A stretch of DNA of 64,000 bases. It comes from an uncultured bacterium. Its GTDB lineage: Bacteria > Bacillota_I > Bacilli_A > RFN20 > CAG-826. The notes beneath the pieces were generated by a model. That model worked only from the letters and a program-made list of their open reading frames with translations. It was not told the DNA's origin and ran no database searches. Below are positions 57,635 to 64,000 of this stretch, in pieces; within the stretch, counting starts at the first letter, position 1; every line of letters starts with the position of its first letter. A program made the translations under genes and the position numbers. The stretch covers positions 19,833-83,832 of the forward strand of contig CASFSG010000068.1 in the NCBI GenBank assembly GCA_949297305.1, given 5' to 3'.

Positions 57635-60600
57635 ATGGGTTCACCATATTTAAATTTAAAATTAAATTACTATACATCGTCTTATGATGTCTATAATTCT
57701 TCTTATCCAATTCGCTCGCAATACGACACAGCCGACTTAAATGGTGCGTCTTTAATAATTGAAGCGGTAAATTCTACCGTTCAAGTGGAAAGAATTACAA
57801 TTTTTATTGATGATTTACCCATTAAGGTTTTATATTTTACTCAAAAAGGTATTTTCTTCTCTGATGATTTTGTCACTTTTTCATCACTCGATACTGGAAT
57901 TGCAAAAAGCGGAACTCTCACTTTAGGAACCGATGGTGTGTTTGATGAAAGCGACAAGACAAGAAGCGTATCAACTGTGTCCAGCAATGTTTTCACATCT
58001 TATTACGGTGTTTCTTTTAATATTACTGCAAATGTTTCGTTTAAATATACCACTGCTTCTTCAGGGAGATACTACGAAGCAAACAATGTAATCTTTAATC
58101 TTGGAACTGTCAGATTTTATTTACCAACCATCAAAAAATTATCTTTAAACACTAAAAATATTAGAACAAGTTATTATGTTGGAGCTTATTTAGATCCCTT
58201 AGATAAATTAAAAGTAATTGGCCATTATAACTATTATTTAGATGACACAATAGAATGCTATACTACCACTATTACTAATTTCACGGCAGACTATTATGAT
58301 TACGCGACCGAAGATGAAAATGGTTGGTATGTTAGAACATACAACAATTATGGTTATATAAGCATAAAATACAGCAATGTTTCAACTCCATTTAAATACC
58401 AAATATTTAGTTATTCTCTATATAACACACCAAAGATTTTAAGTCCTAGAAACGACAATAACTTCAGAATTGGAGAAGAGTGTTTAACACAAAGGATTTT
58501 AATACAATATAACGGTATTGCAGATGGTTATACTAGTCAATCTGAATATATAAACGCAGAGATTACAGGCTTTGATACTAACTCAGTAGGTGAAAGAGTT
58601 GCCACAATAAAAGTTGCTCCTACGCGAACGCCAAAGAAGATTACAACAATAACAGCCACATATAAAGTTTATGATATTTATAATGTAATTATCGATGCAA
58701 GTAATGTCCAAAAGAACTTTGATTTCGACGAAGAATTTAATCACAATAATCTTGTTGTTAAAGCAAACTATGGTAATGGTCAAGAAGGAACTGTTGCTGG
58801 AAGTGAAAATATTACTGATTACAATATCGCATTACCAATTTGGTCAGTGGGTTCAAATAAATTTGTTCAAATAAATTATCGCAATTTTCAAAGCGGTTAT
58901 TATATCAATATCAATGGTTTATATAGTGTTGAGTTAGATTACAGCAATAACATATATTACGACACCTTAACAAACGGCTTGAGATTTTTAAACAGTAAAA
59001 CTTTAGATTTAACTGTTAATACGGTTTTTGCTAGATATTACGAAAACGGAATTTTAAGTTCTAACAAACAATTTAGCGGAACGATCACTTACCCAACAAA
59101 CCAAGATTATGCTTTAGGCTACAACAATGTGCAAATTAGTTTTGCTGAAAATGGCGTATCAATTAACAAAACCATCGAAGTAATTAAATATGATTTTACT
59201 TCTCTTGCTTTGGAAAATGTTCCAACTACCTATTTCGCAGGAGATGAATTTCAAATCGACAATCTGCTAGTTAAGGCAGACACTACCGACAATCGAGTGG
59301 AAATATTAACCGCTAACCAATACACCATTACTCCAGGACTTGGAACAATATTAACAGCTGGATTAAAAAACATTGTCATTACAAGCGTTGATAATCCAAA
59401 TGTCAGTAAACAATTTACAATCAATGTCTTAACTAATCAAATTGACCCAAATAGTGAAATTATTGTTGCTGGTTCAATTAAGAACAAATATGTGAAAATT
59501 AACAATCAAGTCGATGTATCAGGATTGAGCGTCTCCTGCTATATGTTAAACGGAGATTTAATCAATAATGTCTCATTCACGGCAACAATTGCCAATCATA
59601 GCGGGTTATCGTTTAATGATGATGATATTTTAGGATCGTCTTATGACATTATTATTAAAGTCAATGGTGTTAATAATTCTTATACAATCAAAGATGCAGT
59701 TATTTTTGATGGTGTTAAAGATATTAGAAATGTTAAAACAAACAAAACAACCTATGAAGTCGGCGAATATTTTGATCCAAATTCTATTCTTTATGATGTT
59801 GAAGAGTATAATGGAACTATTTTAACAGCTCAATCAGGAAATATTACCGACTATCAAGCAGAAGAATTTTCATATTCACAAGCAGGGAACATTTCGTTTT
59901 CATTTAAAATTTATAGCAAAGCTCACACTGTCAATTTGTTTATTAAAAAGATAACATCGTTAAATATCACTAATGCCAATAGTAATCCTAAAACTAAATA
60001 TAAAATCTTCGAGGCCTTTAACACCAACGATTACATATTTACTTTTAAATATAATGATAATAGTGAAAGAAATCTTACATCTAGTGAAATCTCTGACTTG
60101 AATATTACATTTTATGATAGTGATAATCAAGAAATCACGGATTGTTTATTGACTAGCTTAAAGCCAAGTAGAGACAGAAATAATGAAAAAGTAATTGTTT
60201 ATTTCACTTATAATTATGCTAATAATATTAACATTACAAGCAACATTCAAATAGATGTTATCGCCTTAAAAACTATAACATTATATAACGCAACCGCTGA
60301 ACAAATTACGAAATTATCATTTGAAGAAAACACCAATTTTAACCTTGATGGGTGTGTTTTAAATGTTGTTTTTAACAATGGGGAAAACACTGTTTTGGCA
60401 ATTGATAATTCGATGACTATTAGTCCAGGTTTGAATTCAATATTAACTTCCCATAATCAAATTCAAGGAAGCATAACCTATATGTATGTTCTTGGAGATA
60501 GTCTAACATATAATTTCACCATTCATATACACTATCTAGATCAAATAACGGTCAATTTTACTGGTGTCCAAGATAGTTATTTTGTCAATGATATCTTAGA

Positions 60601-63600
60601 TTTAAGTGCTGTTAGTGGCACCAGCAAAATTGTATCGACCGACACGAGTGAGAATGAATACCCTAAAACCAATGATATTTCTAACGACCTTGATTTTGTT
60701 TTTGGAAACACAAATATATCTCATGAATACGCTTTAAATCAAGCAGGTTCATTTATTTTAGTAGCATCGTATTGCGGATTAAGTCAATCAAAAACCATTA
60801 GTGTTAATTCTATTTCGTTAACAAGCTTAGAATGCATCAAAGCAAGTAATTTTAAAGAACTAAACTCTTATGTTGATACTCAACAACTAACTCTTGCTGG
60901 ATTAAGCATCAAATTAAATTATAATAACGGAACTTCAACCACCATTCCTTATACAAGTAGCGATGTATCTATTGTCGATGAAGACGGCGATATTTTTAGC
61001 AAAACAACCGTTTTGAATAAGTTAATACATAACGGTAAAAATCTTTATGTTGTTTATCAAGAAAAGTCAGTTTTGTTAGGGACACTACAAATTGCCGATA
61101 AGATTTTAAGCAGCATTGTTATAAACAACGAACCAAGTAAAAAGAACTTTACCTATGGTGATAAGTTCAACGCCAATAATATCAGCGTTATTGCATATTT
61201 CAATGATGGCTCAAGCGATTACGCCTTACCTACTAACATCACCTATAGTCCATACAATATTGGATATGTATTTAACAAAGAAAATGACACTACTTTCGGA
61301 CAAAAAACAATAACGGTTTCATATCAAGTAGGTTCTATAACTAAAACCGCCACTTATAATATTGAATTATCAAAACCATCGCTTGCAAGCATCACCACCA
61401 ATTATGAAAGCGATGCTTTTAAGAAAAGTTATATTAACGGCGATTTATTCTCTTTAGAGGGTTTGGTTGTCAAAGCAAATTATGCTAATGGATACCAGGA
61501 AACAATAACTAATTACACCACAAACGCTCAAATCGTTTTATCTTTGCAGGAAAACATCATTTCTCTCGCTCCCAATAACTATGGTTCAAAAAATATCACA
61601 ATTACAGTTGTAAACCCTTATGAAACAACGGATATTTTAACAACCGATATAATCATTACCGTTGCCACTAATGGTGCTGTTCAAAGCGCAATATTACAAT
61701 TCGACGAAAATATTGATTACATAAATTATTTTGTGGGAGAAACCTATGATGCGCGCGGTGTTTATTTCCTGGTGACCGACATTGATGGCAACACTTTCCA
61801 GGAAAGAAACTTTTTATCTTCTTTAACAAAAGGAACGACATTAAGAAGTGCACAAAAAATAGAAATTAGATTAACATACACTAAAGGTTCGTTCGCTACT
61901 ACTCAATCTTACACAATATCGGTTAATATTAAATATCAAACAAGTTATACAGAAACCAAAGATTATAAAATTGCCTTTGGACTAATTGATGGAACTTTAA
62001 TCAAGCAAATTAAACACAAGGATAACACTATCGAATTAGGCGAGATTTATGATGAAAGCGGCACAAATATTATTACGAAATATTATCCAATATTTGAAGC
62101 GAATTTAGTGCAGATAGATAATAACAATACCCACGCTAATACTTATGGTTTAAATATTTATGTTGGTTCAAATGCTGATGAAGATTGCATAGGTTATGTG
62201 GATTTAGGCTTAAACGATGAATACGGCAACATAATAAGAAACGCTCATATAATATTTTTTGAAGATACTGACAATCCAATCGAAGGAAACGGAAATATTG
62301 TTGTTCAATTTCCGCACTATGTTGCAGGGAATGCCGATAAGATAAATAAATCGCATTTTGGTATTGTTTATAATAACCGTTTATTTGTTAGTGGTAATTC
62401 AGAATTTAAAAATATGGACTTCCATAGCTCGGCCGTTAATGTATCTCAAGTCGATAATTATGACAATAATATTAAATACGATTACACCTATTTTAGTGAT
62501 TTAGATTACTGCTCTTATGGGACAGACGAAACAGCGATTGTCGGTTATGACATATATCGAGACGGTGATTTGATTGTTGTTAAAGAAAGTTCAAAAAATC
62601 AAGCTACTTTATATAGACGATCATATCAACTAATAAATGCCACTAATTATGCTGGAACTGTTATCAGTGAAAACGGTGAGTTGGTAGAAGATGTTTTCCC
62701 AATGTTTGACATTAACCTTAACGGTGGCGAAGGAGGTTTAAACAGCCGAACAATTGTTAATTTTGTTGGCGAAACCTTAATTTTAACTAAAAACGGCCTT
62801 AAAGCTGTAGTTGCTAAAGATGGTGTTTACGCTTCTTTAAAATATCTTTATGATGTTTCTACCTATATAAATCCTAGAATTGTAAATGAAGATTTAAGCA
62901 ACGCTTTCATTTTTGTTTTTAAAGAAAAACTATATCTCAAAACAAATAGAGGCTTATATATAGGTTATAATGAATTAAGGAACACTAATAGTGAATATGA
63001 ATGGTATTTTGTCGATGGCGTCGATGCCAATATGTTCTTTGAATATCATAATGAATTATATTTTGCTAACGACAACGGCTCTATATATCGTTTCCCCAAT
63101 ATGAACGCAACCTATTTAGATAAAAATAGATATGCGCTGCCAATAGGTTCTACTTTGTTTTTAGAAGGAACCTCTTATGCCTCTTTAAGCGAAAGCGATA
63201 ATACTATCATTGTAAGCAAAAATTATGCTGATTTAATTGAAAATGGGAGAAAATTCTATCTAATTGCTGACGATAGTGAATATAAAGACCCATCGTTTAG
63301 TTTAATCCATTATGCTATAGGCAATTTTGTTCACGAAAATACAATTAAAAACAACCCAGCAAGTGTTGATTTCGCTTCAATACAAGGCGTTATAAAAAGT
63401 GATAATACCTTTGAAATAAAGTGTTTTAATTCCGATGGGAGTGTCAATGAAATCGAAACAACAAAAGCCTTAACTAATTTTATTGATAATGCAGTTGTTT
63501 ATGTAGATAATGTTGACAACAATGTATCAAATCTCGCTGTTCATTTACCTTACAAATTAAAATTATCAATCAGCGAAAATGGACTAAATTATTCTTATTG

Positions 63601-64000
63601 TTTGATTGATGAAAATGAACAAATTGCTGAAATATCAACTAATTCACAAATGCGGCTATCAAGGCTAATCGATAGTCAAACAAAAGCCTATATTTGCAAT
63701 ACTGAACCATATAACGATAACGGGGCTAAAATCTTTAAATTAGAAAATGGTCTTGGTGTAATATATGACATTATCGCATACAACAACGAATTAAGAACAT
63801 ATTCGGGCATAGTTTCTATTGAAAATAATGTTGTAGCAGAATATATTACAGCACCATTTAATCTTGGAACAAGCGTAATTTTAAAAACAATATGGCTGTG
63901 GACAATTATCAACGACACATCTTTAGCAAGTGAAATAGAAATTGGCTATATTGCAAGTCGCTCACAAGCTGATTATTTATTAGCAACCAAAGCGAGCAGG
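57635..64000 (+). CDS. giant phage tail/adhesin-like protein with Ig-like repeat array, at least 2122 codons, 3' end beyond the window
   Basis: Absent from the ORF track because no stop occurs before the window end. I translated this frame in full from ATG 57635 and met no stop codon; I then re-read about half of it (60002-60061 and 61622-64000) codon by codon as a frame check. Begins MGSPYLNLKLNYY. Confidence 0.8.
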   Translation, partial: MGSPYLNLKLNYYTSSYDVYNSSYPIRSQYDTADLNGASLIIEAVNSTVQVERITIFIDDLPIKVLYFTQKGIFFSDDFVTFSSLDTGIAKSGTLTLGTDGVFDESDKTRSVSTVSSNVFTSYYGVSFNITANVSFKYTTASSGRYYEANNVIFNLGTVRFYLPTIKKLSLNTKNIRTSYYVGAYLDPLDKLKVIGHYNYYLDDTIECYTTTITNFTADYYDYATEDENGWYVRTYNNYGYISIKYSNVSTPFKYQIFSYSLYNTPKILSPRNDNNFRIGEECLTQRILIQYNGIADGYTSQSEYINAEITGFDTNSVGERVATIKVAPTRTPKKITTITATYKVYDIYNVIIDASNVQKNFDFDEEFNHNNLVVKANYGNGQEGTVAGSENITDYNIALPIWSVGSNKFVQINYRNFQSGYYININGLYSVELDYSNNIYYDTLTNGLRFLNSKTLDLTVNTVFARYYENGILSSNKQFSGTITYPTNQDYALGYNNVQISFAENGVSINKTIEVIKYDFTSLALENVPTTYFAGDEFQIDNLLVKADTTDNRVEILTANQYTITPGLGTILTAGLKNIVITSVDNPNVSKQFTINVLTNQIDPNSEIIVAGSIKNKYVKINNQVDVSGLSVSCYMLNGDLINNVSFTATIANHSGLSFNDDDILGSSYDIIIKVNGVNNSYTIKDAVIFDGVKDIRNVKTNKTTYEVGEYFDPNSILYDVEEYNGTILTAQSGNITDYQAEEFSYSQAGNISFSFKIYSKAHTVNLFIKKITSLNITNANSNPKTKYKIFEAFNTNDYIFTFKYNDNSERNLTSSEISDLNITFYDSDNQEITDCLLTSLKPSRDRNNEKVIVYFTYNYANNINITSNIQIDVIALKTITLYNATAEQITKLSFEENTNFNLDGCVLNVVFNNGENTVLAIDNSMTISPGLNSILTSHNQIQGSITYMYVLGDSLTYNFTIHIHYLDQITVNFTGVQDSYFVNDILDLSAVSGTSKIVSTDTSENEYPKTNDISNDLDFVFGNTNISHEYALNQAGSFILVASYCGLSQSKTISVNSISLTSLECIKASNFKELNSYVDTQQLTLAGLSIKLNYNNGTSTTIPYTSSDVSIVDEDGDIFSKTTVLNKLIHNGKNLYVVYQEKSVLLGTLQIADKILSSIVINNEPSKKNFTYGDKFNANNISVIAYFNDGSSDYALPTNITYSPYNIGYVFNKENDTTFGQKTITVSYQVGSITKTATYNIELSKPSLASITTNYESDAFKKSYINGDLFSLEGLVVKANYANGYQETITNYTTNAQIVLSLQENIISLAPNNYGSKNITITVVNPYETTDILTTDIIITVATNGAVQSAILQFDENIDYINYFVGETYDARGVYFLVTDIDGNTFQERNFLSSLTKGTTLRSAQKIEIRLTYTKGSFATTQSYTISVNIKYQTSYTETKDYKIAFGLIDGTLIKQIKHKDNTIELGEIYDESGTNIITKYYPIFEANLVQIDNNNTHANTYGLNIYVGSNADEDCIGYVDLGLNDEYGNIIRNAHIIFFEDTDNPIEGNGNIVVQFPHYVAGNADKINKSHFGIVYNNRLFVSGNSEFKNMDFHSSAVNVSQVDNYDNNIKYDYTYFSDLDYCSYGTDETAIVGYDIYRDGDLIVVKESSKNQATLYRRSYQLINATNYAGTVISENGELVEDVFPMFDINLNGGEGGLNSRTIVNFVGETLILTKNGLKAVVAKDGVYASLKYLYDVSTYINPRIVNEDLSNAFIFVFKEKLYLKTNRGLYIGYNELRNTNSEYEWYFVDGVDANMFFEYHNELYFANDNGSIYRFPNMNATYLDKNRYALPIGSTLFLEGTSYASLSESDNTIIVSKNYADLIENGRKFYLIADDSEYKDPSFSLIHYAIGNFVHENTIKNNPASVDFASIQGVIKSDNTFEIKCFNSDGSVNEIETTKALTNFIDNAVVYVDNVDNNVSNLAVHLPYKLKLSISENGLNYSYCLIDENEQIAEISTNSQMRLSRLIDSQTKAYICNTEPYNDNGAKIFKLENGLGVIYDIIAYNNELRTYSGIVSIENNVVAEYITAPFNLGTSVILKTIWLWTIINDTSLASEIEIGYIASRSQADYLLATKASR
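58690..61930 (+). repeat. protein-level array of at least 11 divergent ~85-100-aa Ig-like repeats inside the giant ORF
   Basis: Recurrent motif aromatic-x-x-G-[DE]-x-[FL]-x(3-5)-[LIV]-x-V-x-A-x-Y-x-[ND]-G. Examples: NFDFDEEFNHNNLVVKANYGNGQ, TYFAGDEFQIDNLLVKAD, TYEVGEYFDPNSILYDVEEYNGT, NFTYGDKFNANNISVIAYFNDGS, SYINGDLFSLEGLVVKANYANGY, NYFVGETYDARGVYFLVTDIDGN. Confidence 0.7.

Larger units (their letters stand above)
44539..64000. mobile_element. phage-derived region (prophage or prophage remnant) abutting tRNA-Gly; right end beyond the window
   Basis: Terminase, portal, scaffold and capsid module plus a giant tail-like ORF. Gene content changes abruptly directly after a tRNA gene. No integrase or attR lies within the window, so the boundaries are unproven. 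Confidence 0.7.

Noticed and set aside
59643-59825. 60-aa plus-strand track ORF, and the small minus-strand ORFs at 58583, 61668 and 63688, as the only genes in 57.6-64 kb.
   Set aside because: They are out of frame or antisense within the continuous 2122-codon reading frame that starts at 57635. That frame has protein-like repeat structure throughout.
57635-64000. Diversity-generating retroelement targeting the giant adhesin.
   Set aside because: No reverse transcriptase ORF and no near-identical template/variable repeat pair are visible in the window. This cannot be excluded for sequence beyond 64000.

Overview
This is a visibly AT-rich bacterial chromosome segment read with the standard genetic code. 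TGA acts as a stop (glgA, rpe) and long ORFs are intact. Gene content and order fit a small-genome Bacillota/Mycoplasmatota-type organism, possibly Acholeplasma-like or a related uncultured lineage; this taxonomy is inference only.

1-37.3 kb is tightly packed core genes, mostly on the minus strand:
- leuS (partial, runs off the window start)
- glgC-glgD-glgA
- a nucleobase permease and rpmB
- the conserved cluster priA ... rsmB-like - rlmN - PP2C phosphatase - Ser/Thr kinase - rpe
- gmk, an rqcH-like gene, trmL, surE, ppa
- the complete F1Fo ATP synthase operon atpIBEFHAGDC
- a probable PPi-type phosphofructokinase, glpK, pepP, yigZ

37.3-41.9 kb is an accessory four-gene operon. It encodes a SipW-type (ER/archaeal-type) signal peptidase plus three secreted proteins with TasA/camelysin-class signal peptides. 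It is driven by a near-consensus promoter whose -35/-10 spacer contains a G8 homopolymer, so phase variation is predicted.

Next come a CPBP protease, TraX, thioredoxin and tRNA-Gly(UCC) at 44430-44503. From there to the window end the sequence is phage-derived:
- a self-contained minus-strand four-gene operon (AAA+ MoxR/AAA_5-like ATPase, HExxH-vWA protein, two unknowns) with its own promoter and terminator
- a 0.8 kb non-coding divergent region
- a plus-strand late module (terminase, portal, scaffold, HK97-fold capsid, small structural proteins)
- a giant ORF of at least 2122 codons, still open at the window end and absent from the supplied ORF track, with at least 11 Ig-like repeats

I saw no integrase, CRISPR array, rRNA or transposase.
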